DNA from: Vulcanimicrobiota bacterium
GTDB lineage: Bacteria; Vulcanimicrobiota; Vulcanimicrobiia; Eremiobacterales; Eremiobacteraceae
DNA length: 64,000 nucleotides
Assembly: GCA_963812135.1 (NCBI GenBank)
Contig: CAWETU010000001.1
Span: 1,824,001 to 1,888,000 of the forward strand
Direction: 5' to 3'
A model generated the notes under the pieces. That model made no database searches, was not told the DNA's origin, and saw nothing but the letters and a program-made list of their open reading frames with translations. This document shows positions 30,385-40,961 of the stretch, piece by piece. The number at the start of each line of letters is the position of its first letter. Positions within the stretch are counted from its first letter, which is position 1. The translations under genes were made by a program, and so were the position numbers.

Positions 30385-33300
30385 TTAGTGGCGGGGACGG
30401 ATGGCCGGCGGCATCGCCCGGCGCGCCGCCGATGCCACGCCGTTCGGCGAAAACGCGTAGACGATTCCCTGGAAGCCGACGACATAGAGATACTTGTCGA
30501 TCATCGGCTGCGCATACGCGGCACTGCCGACAGTCGTGCCGCTATTCCACAGCGCCGCGCCGCTGATCGCGTCGAATGCGTACACCGTCTTGCCCGGGCC
30601 ATCGGTGTCATAGACGACGCCGTTCGCGACGCTCGGCGCCGAGTGCGGCAGATCGGTCGTCGTGTTGACCGCGGAGTTCTGACCGAAGACCGGATTCCAG
30701 AGGAGCGCGAGCGTGCAACCGCCCTGCGGCGAAAAAGCCGCGAGACCGTGCTTGTAGGTCCCATTGGGTGAATCACCCGGCACCGGCACATACACGAGGT
30801 TGCTCACGGGCGAGTACGCGGGTACGCCGATGAAGTTGCCGTTGTCGCTCGGAGGCGACATGGCTAGGGTTTGTGTGGGACCGCTGCCGATGCTGTTGCG
30901 ATTGTAGGTCACCAACACCCCAGACTTGTTCATCGCCGCGAGGCAGCCGCCGGGATAGAGGAGCGGCGTCGCTCCGAAATCAGCGTCCGGCGAGGCCGGC
31001 AAGCCTGGATAATTCGCCGCCACCAATCCAAGCGCCGACGTGAGCGCGACGATGTCTTCCGAGTAGCCATAGTTTTGCGGGATCGGGAAATTGATATTGT
31101 CCGCGTTGCCGGTTGCGATATACACCGTGTTCGTCGCCGTATCGATCGACGCGCCACCGTATCCCCAGATGCCGCCGCCGCTTTGACCCTGGGAGGGGAA
31201 GAACGTGCCGAGGTGGCCGCCGCTATGCGAATCGAGCGCGTCGATCTGCCCGTACCACGGCGAGATGTCGCACGTCGATGAGGTTTCGGCATAGATGATG
31301 CCGTTGGCAGGGTTGAGCGTCAGCCCCGCATAGACGAAATTGTGCGTGTTGTCGAGCGGCGACTGCGGGATCGCGACAGGCCACCCGCCCGCTTCGGCTC
31401 CGGTCGCGAGATCCAGGGCGTGCAGCTGCAGGTTCCCATCGGCGACGAAGACTCTGCCTTGCGACCGGTCGATGGTCGCGGTGTGACCGACGCCGAACGG
31501 CAGGCTCGCTCCGCAGAAATACGTCGCGACGGGCAGCGATTTTTGCCAGACGATGGCGCCCGTGTCCGCGTCTAGCGCCGCGAAAGAGCCCGGACAGCGT
31601 GCCGACATAGAGCAAGTTATGCGAGGTACCGGCCACGGTGACGTTGCTCGCGAGCACAGGTTGACCCACGATACCCGACGAGCTGAGGTTCGTCGACCAC
31701 AGCAATTGTAGGCTGCCGACATTGCCGCTGCCGATCGTGGTCTCGTTCGGATTATATCCCGTGCGCGCCAGATCGTAGCCGAACGTCGGCCAGTCGACAT
31801 AGCCGGTCGTGGGCGGCGGCGTCGGAGTCGGGCCGACTCCGGTTTGCGCAGCGCTGTAGTGCGAGCTGACGTCGGCGGCGGTCAGCGCTCGATTGTAGAT
31901 GGCCACCTCGTCGATCGTGCCGGAGAAGCCTGGGTCTTCAGCGCTCGTGTCGTCGCCGATGCCCAATCCGAATGTGTTGTCATATCCCGTGATGGCGCCC
32001 GCCTTGGCGACCGATGCGACGAGCGCGCCGTTGATGTAGAGCTTGCCGGTCGCGCCATCATAGGTGGACACGATGTAGTACGGCGTGTTCGGCTGCAGCC
32101 CGGATGGGGATGGTACGATAAGCACGCCCGACGACAGGAAGAACTGTGCGGTGATGACGCCGTTGAACCCGAAATAGAGATCGTACGGCGCGTAGCCGCG
32201 ATCGCTGCCATATGCCACCGGCACGGTGTACGCGGGTGGCGTCGCGTTGAATTTCAAGAACGTCTCGACGCTGACTTGCGGCGCTTGGAAGAGAGAATTC
32301 GGCGCGACGGTGACGATGTTGGCGGCGGTGCGCAGCCCCGGGAACGACATCGCGGCATCCGAGCTCGTCGCGATAAGTCCGACGGCGTTCTTGATCACGT
32401 TGGCGCCTGCGGTACCGTTGAGGTGGTCCGAGGAGCTGTCAAGCACCGTCGGGCCCGCATCGTCGAGGCGGTAATACGCGACGGGGCCGCTATTGAGCAC
32501 CGCGTTGCTATAGGCGCTTGTCGAGGGCGGCGTTGGCGATGGTGACGGCGTTGGTGTCGGTGTGGGCGTTGGTGTCGGCGATGGCGTTGGCGACGGTCCC
32601 GTGCCGGTCTGCGCGGCGTTGTAATGTGAGGTGACGTCCGCGGCGGTCAAGGTTTTCGCGTAGATGGCCACTTCGTCGATGGTGCCTGCGAAGCCGGGAT
32701 CCGAGAAACTGGAATCGTCGCCGATCCCCAAGCCATACTTGTTGTCGTAGTTGGTCAGTGTTCCAGTCTTCGTGCCGGTCGCGACCTGCGCTCCGTTGAC
32801 GTAGAGCCTGCCGGTCGTTCCGTCGTACGTCGAGACGATGTAGTATGACGTGTTCGGCTGCAAAGGAGTCGGATCGGTGACGATCAGCACGCCCGACGTC
32901 AGGAAGAACTGCGCGTTGAGCGTGCCGTTCGTGTAGAAGTAGAGCGCGTAGGGAGAATAGTTATTGTCGTTGCCGTACGAGACAGGAACCGTCCACAGCG
33001 CCGGCGCCGAGGTGAACTTGAAGAAGCACTCGACGCTGAGCTGCGACCCGGCTTGAAAGAGCGGATTGGGCGGCACGATAACGCTGCCCGCAGCGGTCTT
33101 CGTACCGGGGAACGACATCGCGGTGTCTGGCGCGGTGGGGACGAGACCGGGGACGCTCTTGACGACGCTCGCGCCGATCGCCCCGTTCAGATGATTCGGA
33201 CCGCTGTCCAGCGCGGTCGAGCCGGTGTCGTCGAGGCGGTAGTACGCGATCGGACCGCTCGCGAGCACCGCATCGTGATACGCCGTCGTGACATCGAGTT

Positions 33301-33430
33301 TGTGAATGGTTCTCGGAGCGCTCGGTACGGCGGGCAGGAACGGCAAGCCGGAATGATGGCCGCAATTGGCGACCGACACGGCTGCCAAAGCGGCCGCGAC
33401 AAACATGAGCAGGCGACGTGAACGCTGCAC
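30385..33430 (-). CDS. Exported protein with 2 LamG-like domains and a PQQ-type beta-propeller, +1 frameshift near 31584
   Basis: Two repeats of YYRLDD...TYDG...LY.NG...F.GTIDEVAIY; DWPTFGYD.ARTG; ALDADTG...W repeats in the next frame. Confidence 0.8.
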
Positions 33431-33538
33431 GGATTCAAGTGTAAATCACGCGGCGGCGCTGCGCTTGGTACCTTAGACCTATTGACGGTGAGCGACACCG
33501 CTCGAATTTATCCGCGGACTTTGGACCCGTAAAAGCGC

Positions 33539-34231
33539 TCAGTATTGTGGGCCGGCCATCACTTTGACGTCGAGGTGGCCGAAGTTGTCGTCGAATGCGC
33601 CAGGCGCTCCGTGGAAACCCTGACTGTCAGCGAAGCCGAGCACGAGCCGGTTCGCGCCTTGCGGGATGTGAAATTTCTGGAGCGTGCTGCCGTTGGTGAG
33701 CACTTTTCCAGTACCGATGTAAAACGTCTGATCGAGCATCGGATAGAGGTCTTGCTTGCCCGAATCATAGGTGACGTCGCGGCGTGCCGGGCCTGGCGCG
33801 CTCGGGCCTGGAGACCCGACGAATACGCCGACAAAGAACATCGTGCGTTTTTGATCGATGATCCCCGAAATGCCGCCCGACGACTGAATGTCGGTCACGC
33901 CGCCCGCGTTGATGCCGCCTTCGGGCCCATTGAACGTGCCGGGGGAGTTGCCGCAGCACGACACTTTGCCGAGCACGCTTGGGAACCACACCACCCCGTT
34001 ACGCATGTTGTTGAGCTGGAGGACGGTCGGCTTCTTGCCGCCGCCGTTCGCTTTGAGCCCGCCGACTCCGGCCGCGAACACGTTGCCTGCCGCATCGACG
34101 ACGACGGTGAAGTTCGCAACGCCTTTTTGATAGGCGTCGGCGCTGCGTGCGCGTTGGGCACTCGATGAGATGCAGACTATTGCGAAAGCAACCACGCCGA
34201 TGACTGCAAATGCGCGTCGGGGAAATCTCAT
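33539..34231 (-). CDS. Secreted hypothetical protein
   Basis: Signal peptide, beta-rich mature region. Confidence 0.65.
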   Translation of the reverse strand: MRFPRRAFAVIGVVAFAIVCISSSAQRARSADAYQKGVANFTVVVDAAGNVFAAGVGGLKANGGGKKPTVLQLNNMRNGVVWFPSVLGKVSCCGNSPGTFNGPEGGINAGGVTDIQSSGGISGIIDQKRTMFFVGVFVGSPGPSAPGPARRDVTYDSGKQDLYPMLDQTFYIGTGKVLTNGSTLQKFHIPQGANRLVLGFADSQGFHGAPGAFDDNFGHLDVKVMAGPQY

Positions 34232-34262
34232 AGCTCCTCCATCGGGATCCCGGACAAGAAAA

Positions 34263-34288
34263 TGGGGCGCGTCCGAGGACGCGCCCCA
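34263..34288 (-). terminator. Intrinsic terminator after the efflux operon
   Basis: tggggcgcgtcc-ga-ggacgcgcccca followed by tttctt on the minus strand. Confidence 0.65.
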
Positions 34289-34313
34289 ACATTCCACAGC
34301 CCGAGCGGGGCTC

Positions 34314-35531
34314 CTATTCGTGCCGCAACGCTTCGATCGGGTTGAGCAGCGAGGCGCGCCGTGCCGGATAGAATCCGAACAGAATCCCGATGAGCGCCGC
34401 GAAAGCGAAGGAGATCAGCACCGATTGCGGCGCGACGATCACGGTCCAGCCCGCCAACTTCGACGTGATGACCGACGCGGTCACCCCGAGCGCGACGCCG
34501 ATGAGGCCACCCACGCAAGCAAGCGTGACGGCTTCGACGAGGAACTGCATGAGCACGTCGCGGGTGCGCGCGCCGATCGACATGCGGATGCCGATCTCGC
34601 GGGTTCGTTCGGTCACCGAGACGAGCATGATGTTCATAATGCCGATGCCACCGACGATCAGCGATACCGCCGCCACGCCCGCGAGCAATAACGATTGGAT
34701 CTTGGCGGTCGCGCTGGCTGCCGCTTGGACGTCCGCGATGTTGCGCACGGAGAAATCATCCGGTTGACTCGGCGCGAGCCGGTGGTTGAGCCGCAGTAGA
34801 CCCTGTACGGAAGTGACGACACTTGCGACTGAATCCGGCGAGCTTGCCGAGATCACGATGGATGAAAGCCATTGGTTGCCGTTGATGCGCAGCTGCATCG
34901 AAGTAAGCGGCACGACGACTTGGTCATCCTGATCGCGCCCAAATCCGCTCTGACCTTTGGCCGCCAGCACGCCGATGACGGTGAAGGGCGCGCCCTTGAT
35001 GGTGACCGTGCTGCCGACCGCATCCCCCGCTGGGAAGAGGTTCTGCGCGACCGTGTTGCCGAGCACTACGGATTTCGACGCGTTCTTCATGTCGTCATTG
35101 GTAAAGAAATGACCCTGTGCGACCGTCCAGTTCTGGACCTGCAGCCACGCCGGCGTGGTACCTAGGATCGACGTTGCCCAGTTGTTGCCGGCGGCGACCA
35201 CCTGTCCATTGTCGTTGGACTGCGGTGCGACGCCCGCGATGCCCGGAATCTCGTTCGCGATCGCCGTGGCATCCTGGGGTTTTAGCGACGTGCGTGCTCC
35301 TGCGCCGAGGTTGACGCCGCCCGTGATGACGCTGCCCGGAACCACGATGATGAGGTTGCTGCCAAGGCGAGCGAGCTGCGCGGCGACCGCGGCGCTCGCG
35401 CCAGCGCCGATCGCCATCGACGTGATCACGGCCCCGACACCGATGATGATGCCGAGCATCGTGAGCAGCGAGCGAAACGCGTTGCGCACGAGTGCCTGCC
35501 ACGCGACGCGGAAGAGAGCGTTGATATTCAT
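34314..35531 (-). CDS. MacB/FtsX-type ABC permease
   Basis: RSLLTMLGIIIG, GGIGIMNIMLVSVTERTREIG, PIEALR. Confidence 0.93.
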   Translation of the reverse strand: MNINALFRVAWQALVRNAFRSLLTMLGIIIGVGAVITSMAIGAGASAAVAAQLARLGSNLIIVVPGSVITGGVNLGAGARTSLKPQDATAIANEIPGIAGVAPQSNDNGQVVAAGNNWATSILGTTPAWLQVQNWTVAQGHFFTNDDMKNASKSVVLGNTVAQNLFPAGDAVGSTVTIKGAPFTVIGVLAAKGQSGFGRDQDDQVVVPLTSMQLRINGNQWLSSIVISASSPDSVASVVTSVQGLLRLNHRLAPSQPDDFSVRNIADVQAAASATAKIQSLLLAGVAAVSLIVGGIGIMNIMLVSVTERTREIGIRMSIGARTRDVLMQFLVEAVTLACVGGLIGVALGVTASVITSKLAGWTVIVAPQSVLISFAFAALIGILFGFYPARRASLLNPIEALRHE

Positions 35532-36265
35532 GCCGTCACCTTCGTGGGAGCCACGGTCGGCCGATCCTCGATGACCACGCCGTCGCGAAAAACGACCGTC
35601 CGCCGTGTCCACGTCGCGACATCGGGCTCGTGCGTCACCATCACGATAGTGATACCCCGATCATCATTGAGGCCGCGGAACACCGAGAGGATGTCTTTCG
35701 TGCTGCGGCTATCGAGGTTGCCCGTCGGCTCGTCAGCCAGGATCAGCGATGGTTCGTTCACAAGGGCGCGTGCGATCGCAACGCGTTGCTGCTGACCGCC
35801 CGAGAGCTCGTTTGGATTGTGATCCGCGCGGTCGGCCAATCCGACCATCTCGAGCGCCCGGCGCGCGCGCTCGTGCCGCTCCTCCGTGCTCACTCCCGCG
35901 TAGAGCAGCGGCAGCTCGACGTTCTCCAGCGCGGATGTGCGCGAAAGCAGATTGAAACCTTGGAAGACGAAGCCGAGCCGCTTGTTCCGGATGGCGGCAA
36001 GTTGATCGCTCGACATGCGCGAGACGTTTTCGCCCTCGAGATAGTAGTCGCCTGACGTCGGCCGGTCAAGGCAGCCGATCAGGTTCATGAAGGTGGACTT
36101 GCCCGATCCTGACGCGCCCATGATGGCGACGAACTCGCCGCGCTCCACGCGCAGCGTCACGCCGTTGACCGCGGCGACGTCGATCTCGCCGAGATGGTAG
36201 ATCTTGTGCAGGTCGCGGACGTCGATAACCGGCACCGCGGCGCCGGATGCGGTGAGTTGGCTCAC
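35528..36265 (-). CDS. MacB/LolD-type ABC ATPase
   Basis: GASGSGKST, LSGGQQQR, ADEPTGNLD. Confidence 0.95.
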   Translation of the reverse strand: MSQLTASGAAVPVIDVRDLHKIYHLGEIDVAAVNGVTLRVERGEFVAIMGASGSGKSTFMNLIGCLDRPTSGDYYLEGENVSRMSSDQLAAIRNKRLGFVFQGFNLLSRTSALENVELPLLYAGVSTEERHERARRALEMVGLADRADHNPNELSGGQQQRVAIARALVNEPSLILADEPTGNLDSRSTKDILSVFRGLNDDRGITIVMVTHEPDVATWTRRTVVFRDGVVIEDRPTVAPTKVTA

Positions 36266-37638
36266 CGGCCACCTGCCAGCGGATTGGTCGTGCTGCCGGA
36301 CCGTGCCTGGAGCTGGCCCGTGATCACGCGGTCGCCTTCTTTGAGGTTTCCGCTTCGGATCTCGAAGTTCTGGCCGTCAGACATCCCTATGACGATCTGT
36401 ACGGGCTGCGGTCTCTTGTTCGCGCCCAACGTCCACACCACCGCACGCGAGCCGGGCGCGCCGGCCAGCGGCGGCGGGGTTGATGAGGTCGACGCCACCG
36501 CAAAGCCTCCCGCGCCGCCTGGGCCGGCCGGCGCGCTGCTCGGCGAGGCCGAACTGACGCGCGGCTTGTACAGCAACGCTGCGGTCGGCACGGCGAGCAC
36601 GTTGTTGCGCGTGGAGACGGCGATCGTCACGTTTGCGGTCATGCCGGGTTTGAGACGCGCGGAAGCGTCATGGATGGCGACCACGGCGTCGTACGTGACG
36701 ACATTGGCAATGGTCGTCGGGTTGACGCGGACCTGCGCGACCGTGCCTTTAAAACTCGTGTTCGGATATGCAGGTACCGTGATGATCGCGCTCTGGCCCT
36801 TGCGCAGCTGGCCGACGTCCGCCTCATCGACCGATACGTCGACTTGCATGTCCTTGAGCGTCGAGGCGATGACGAAGAGCGTCGGCGTTTGGAACGAGGC
36901 GGCGACGGTTTGCCCGATGCTCACTCCGCGGGAAACCACGATGCCGTCGATCGGGCTCGTGATCGTGGCGCGAGTGAGGTTATACGTGCTTTGCTGCAGC
37001 CCCGCCTCCGCGGATCCGACCTGGGCCTGCGACGCGGCCGATTGATGTTGCGACGCATTCGTCTGCGCTTTCGCCTCGTTGACAGCCATGGCGGCGGCAT
37101 CGACGTCAGCCTGCGCGGCTTGCACGGCCGAGGCATCGGTGTCTAACTGGCTTTGCGCGATGTAACCTTGCGCGAAGAGCGTGTGATCGCGCCCCACGGT
37201 CGTCTGCGCCAAGTTCAGCGCTGCTTGCGCCTTCGCATAGTTCGCCTGCGCGCTGGCAACCGAGGCCTGCATCTGCGCGATCGTCGCCTGGGATGCCGAT
37301 GCATTGGCCTGCGCTTGGCTCACTGCGGCCTGTGACTGCAACTCGGATGCCTGAAATGTGGTCGGGTCGATCGTGGCCAGGACCTGGCCTTTGTGCACGA
37401 TCGAATTATAATCCACGTAGAGGTTGTTGATCGTGCCCGAAACCTGCGTGCCCACCTGCACCTCGTTAACCGGGTTGACGGTTCCGGTCTCGATGATGGT
37501 CGCATCGATGTTGGTACGCGTGACCGGCGCGGTGATGTAGCGTGGCGTCGCGCGCTGCGAGGTGAGCGCTCGGATGCCGAAAAATGCGCCGAGCACCACG
37601 ACGATGACGACGATCGCGATGATGATTATTCGTTTCAT
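36262..37638 (-). CDS. MacA-like efflux membrane fusion protein
   Basis: VGTQVSG, I.SPIDG, GQTVAASFQTP, L.PGMTA. Confidence 0.92.
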   Translation of the reverse strand: MKRIIIIAIVVIVVVLGAFFGIRALTSQRATPRYITAPVTRTNIDATIIETGTVNPVNEVQVGTQVSGTINNLYVDYNSIVHKGQVLATIDPTTFQASELQSQAAVSQAQANASASQATIAQMQASVASAQANYAKAQAALNLAQTTVGRDHTLFAQGYIAQSQLDTDASAVQAAQADVDAAAMAVNEAKAQTNASQHQSAASQAQVGSAEAGLQQSTYNLTRATITSPIDGIVVSRGVSIGQTVAASFQTPTLFVIASTLKDMQVDVSVDEADVGQLRKGQSAIITVPAYPNTSFKGTVAQVRVNPTTIANVVTYDAVVAIHDASARLKPGMTANVTIAVSTRNNVLAVPTAALLYKPRVSSASPSSAPAGPGGAGGFAVASTSSTPPPLAGAPGSRAVVWTLGANKRPQPVQIVIGMSDGQNFEIRSGNLKEGDRVITGQLQARSGSTTNPLAGGR

Positions 37639-38120
37639 GAAACCTTTTGTACCTCAGTGTTGTCGACAGCGTCGAGGCGGCGTAGGCCATCGAGGAGCTT
37701 GGTCCGCTCGGCTACAGTCATGCGGCGCAACGCCGCTGAGAGCAGACCCGGATCGAGCGCTGGGCGCAACGCCGCTAACGTGCGCTCTCCCGCGGGCGTC
37801 AGTTCGATTTCGGTTCGGCTGCGGCCGATCACCCGGTAGCGCCGGCGCAACAGGCCTTTGCGTTCCAGGCCGGAGAGCACGATCGAGGCCGTGCTCGTCG
37901 TGACCAACATCTCCCGCGCGACGTTTCCCACAGTGGCTTGCGGCAACGCTGACACCGCGCGCAGCAGCATGGCGCCACGGACCGTGATGTCCGAGCCGCT
38001 CATGCGCCGCGCGTATCGAGATCGATACTTCTTATAGATGCGCGGCAGCAGCCGGCTGATCTCGCCGATCGGGTCTTGCTGTTCTGCCGTGCGCTTGCTT
38101 GTCATGGTCACACTCATCAT
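37635..38120 (-). CDS. MarR-family regulator
   Basis: wHTH pattern LERKGL..R and LT.AG; heads the efflux operon. Confidence 0.8.
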   Translation of the reverse strand: MMSVTMTSKRTAEQQDPIGEISRLLPRIYKKYRSRYARRMSGSDITVRGAMLLRAVSALPQATVGNVAREMLVTTSTASIVLSGLERKGLLRRRYRVIGRSRTEIELTPAGERTLAALRPALDPGLLSAALRRMTVAERTKLLDGLRRLDAVDNTEVQKVS

Positions 38121-38259
38121 ACGTGTTACCCATGCGAGAACGTTGAGACCGTTGATTAAAAGTGCGCTTGAATCAAACATAGAAAAGCCGGGGAATGCGA
38201 AGTCCCGGCCTCAAGACCGGGACTGCTGGCCTTTTGGGCCTTGGAAGCGCTTCTTGACC

Positions 38260-39648
38260 TTAAACGCGGGACGCGGCGGCGATCGCCGCGCGCACCATTT
38301 CGTTCTGTTCTTTCGGATCTTTCCAGCGCGCTTGGGCGGCCGGCGCCAGCTGGTCGATCGGATCGAAGTACAAGAACCACTGGCCAGGCTTCACGCTGGG
38401 TGCGCTGTATACTGCGATGCCGTTCTCCCGGTCGTAGTGGTCGTAGCTGTGCAGGTCGCGCTTGCCGCCACCGCCGGGCGCGTCGCACAAGAAGGTCGGC
38501 GTATTGAAGCCGGCCGTGGTGCCGCGCACGAATTTTTCGATGTCCACAGCGGTCTGGATGGTCGTGCGCAGGTCTTCGACGCCCTTGACCATGTCGTGCA
38601 TATAGACGTAGTACGCATGCACGTTCATGTAGCCGAGCTGCTTGATGAGCTTGCGCATGGTGTGCTTGTCGTCGTTGACGCCGCGGATCAGCACCGACTG
38701 GTTGCGCACCATGATGCCGCGCTCGAACAGCACCTGCATCGCCTGCTGCGTGATGTAGCTGATCTCGTTCGGGCTATTGAAATGCGTGTGGAGCATGACG
38801 TCTTTGCCGAGCTTGCGCCCTTGCTCGACGATCGACGTCAGCGCGTCGGTCCAGGCGGCGTCGGTCAGGATCTTCATGGGCATGACCGCCGGGCCTTTGG
38901 TGGCAAAACGCATGCGCCGGACATTGGGGATGGCGAGCAGCGCCTCGCCGATCTTCTTGAGGCTCTTGGCGGGCAGCTGGTACGCGTCGCCGCCCGATAC
39001 GACGATATCTTGGAGCTCCGGACGCGACGCGATGTATTCAAAAGCCTGTTCCCACAGTTTCGGATCGGTCGCGAGCTGCGCTTTCTCGACCGTGTCCGTG
39101 TCGCCGCCGATCGCGTACGAACGCGTGCAGAAACGGCAGTAAACGGGGCAGGTGTTGAGCGGTAAGAAGAGCGCTTTGTCGACGTAGCGGTGCGTGAGGC
39201 CCTGCACCGGCGAATCCTCGAGCTCGTGCAGCGAGTCGAGGCTCAAGCGCGGGTGGTCGGGCAACAGGCGTGACGCCAAGGGCAAGAACTGCGTGCGGAC
39301 TGGATCTTTGTACGGGTTCTTCCAATCGATCGAGGCGATCATGTACGGCGAGATGCGCACGGCCATCGGCGCGCGATGGAACCCCTGACGAACGTCTTCG
39401 AAGAATTCGGGTTCGACCAGATCTTGGATCGTCGCCATCAGCTCGTCGGGCGATTTCACCGAGTTCTTGCTCTGCCACAGCCAGTCCATGAACGTCTTCT
39501 CATCGACGTCTTTATAGGCGGGGATGTCGCGCCAGAAGTCGCCCTGGCGGAACTGCATGTGTTCGAACGCTTCGGGTCCGGCGGGCGGTTTCAACGCGTG
39601 AATGGTCGCCGCAGGCGCCTGCGTCACGGTGATGTCGGTCTTTGCCAT
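38260..39648 (-). CDS. KamA-family radical SAM/PLP 2,3-aminomutase
   Basis: HRY.DK, CPVYCRFCTR, SGGD, NQSVL.RGVND, DAPGGGGK. Confidence 0.9.
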   Translation of the reverse strand: MAKTDITVTQAPAATIHALKPPAGPEAFEHMQFRQGDFWRDIPAYKDVDEKTFMDWLWQSKNSVKSPDELMATIQDLVEPEFFEDVRQGFHRAPMAVRISPYMIASIDWKNPYKDPVRTQFLPLASRLLPDHPRLSLDSLHELEDSPVQGLTHRYVDKALFLPLNTCPVYCRFCTRSYAIGGDTDTVEKAQLATDPKLWEQAFEYIASRPELQDIVVSGGDAYQLPAKSLKKIGEALLAIPNVRRMRFATKGPAVMPMKILTDAAWTDALTSIVEQGRKLGKDVMLHTHFNSPNEISYITQQAMQVLFERGIMVRNQSVLIRGVNDDKHTMRKLIKQLGYMNVHAYYVYMHDMVKGVEDLRTTIQTAVDIEKFVRGTTAGFNTPTFLCDAPGGGGKRDLHSYDHYDRENGIAVYSAPSVKPGQWFLYFDPIDQLAPAAQARWKDPKEQNEMVRAAIAAASRV

Positions 39649-39659
39649 GGAACTCCTTA

Positions 39660-40166
39660 TCAGCTCACGCGCTGCAGCCGGCGCATCGGTTGCGCCTGCG
39701 CGCTGCCAAGCGCGATGCCGCCGCGTTCGAACGGCGTCGAGAGCACGATCATCGTCTTGCTGCGCACGAGGCCTTTGATCTGCTTGAGACGGCTTAAAAA
39801 ATCGTCGAGATGCGCGGTCGAGCGCGTCATCACTTTGAGGAAATACGTCTCCTCGCCGGCGACGCTGTGGACCTCGCAGACCTCCGGCAGCTGCTTGACG
39901 GCGTCGTTGAATTCGTCGTAGCCGGTGTCAGCCGACGTGTAGCAACTGACGAATGCGGTCAAGCTCAAACCCAAGCGCTGCCCATCGAGCTGGGCCGAGT
40001 AGCGGCGCACGTAGCCACGCGCTTCGAGGCGCTTGACGCGATCGTGCACCGACGACGCCTTGAGCCCCACGATGTCGCCGAGCTCGGCAAACGTCGACCG
40101 GGCATTGCTCTGCAACGCCTCCAGCAGCTTCAGGTCTAATGCGTCTATTTCAGGATTTTCTATCAT
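39660..40166 (-). CDS. Lrp/AsnC-family regulator
   Basis: D.LD.KLL..LQ.NAR, RVKRLE..G, V.GE. Confidence 0.92.
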   Translation of the reverse strand: MIENPEIDALDLKLLEALQSNARSTFAELGDIVGLKASSVHDRVKRLEARGYVRRYSAQLDGQRLGLSLTAFVSCYTSADTGYDEFNDAVKQLPEVCEVHSVAGEETYFLKVMTRSTAHLDDFLSRLKQIKGLVRSKTMIVLSTPFERGGIALGSAQAQPMRRLQRVS

Positions 40167-40294
40167 ATAAGTGGCCTACATAGCGAAATATATTAGGTAA
40201 ATGTACTGTAACACAGAACAAATACCCTGTAAACACGTAAGAGTGGGACGGTGCCAAAAGGCCCGTGAGCGGCATCTCAAGCGGACGTTGAATC

Positions 40295-40369
40295 TGGAGC
40301 CGGCGGAGGGACTTGAACCCCCGACCCGCGGTTTACAAAACCGCTGCTCTACCTCTGAGCTACGCCGGC
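40295..40369 (-). tRNA. tRNA-Thr(TGT)
   Basis: Cloverleaf, loop TTTGTAA, CCA end. Confidence 0.96.
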
Positions 40370-40428
40370 TGATGGTGGAAGGGTTCTCTCGCCAAACGCC
40401 CGCAACCTGGACGCGGGAGTTTGCGCGT

Positions 40429-40950
40429 TTGGACATCATTCAGGTCGCGTCGCTGGTCATCGCACTAGCAACTGTCGTCTTCACGACGTACATGCTGTCT
40501 CGGCAAGTGCGTCAGATGGAACACGAGCGCAATGCGCTCGCGATCCTTGACGCGACCGACCGTTTGACGTCATCGGAAGTCGTCAACGTCTTCCTGCAGC
40601 TGCGCGACGTCGACAAGCGCTATCCGACCGACAAGGACATCAGAGAGAGGTTCTTCGGATCGCCCGACGAGCACGCGCTCAATCAGGTGGGTCAATTCGT
40701 CGAGACGATCGCCTGCCTTGCGCGGCGCGAAGTGCTCGACGTGACGCTTATCGTGGACGCGGTCGGCTTTATGCTGCGCGAGCGCTGGGCCACGATCAAG
40801 CCGTTCGTGATGCATTGGCGCACGTACAACAACAACGAGTTCCTGTTCGAAAACTTCGAGTGGCTGGCCAACTACAGCGCCTGGTGGAGAGACATCCCGC
40901 GGCCAAGAGCGCCGAACTACGATCCGAAGCAATTCGCGGCGACTCGTTGA
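40429..40950 (+). CDS. DUF4760-like membrane-anchored protein
   Basis: N-terminal TM helix, W..IKPF and FENFEWL; TTG start after GGGAG. Confidence 0.65.
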   Translation: MDIIQVASLVIALATVVFTTYMLSRQVRQMEHERNALAILDATDRLTSSEVVNVFLQLRDVDKRYPTDKDIRERFFGSPDEHALNQVGQFVETIACLARREVLDVTLIVDAVGFMLRERWATIKPFVMHWRTYNNNEFLFENFEWLANYSAWWRDIPRPRAPNYDPKQFAATR

Positions 40951-40961
40951 CCGGAGGTATC

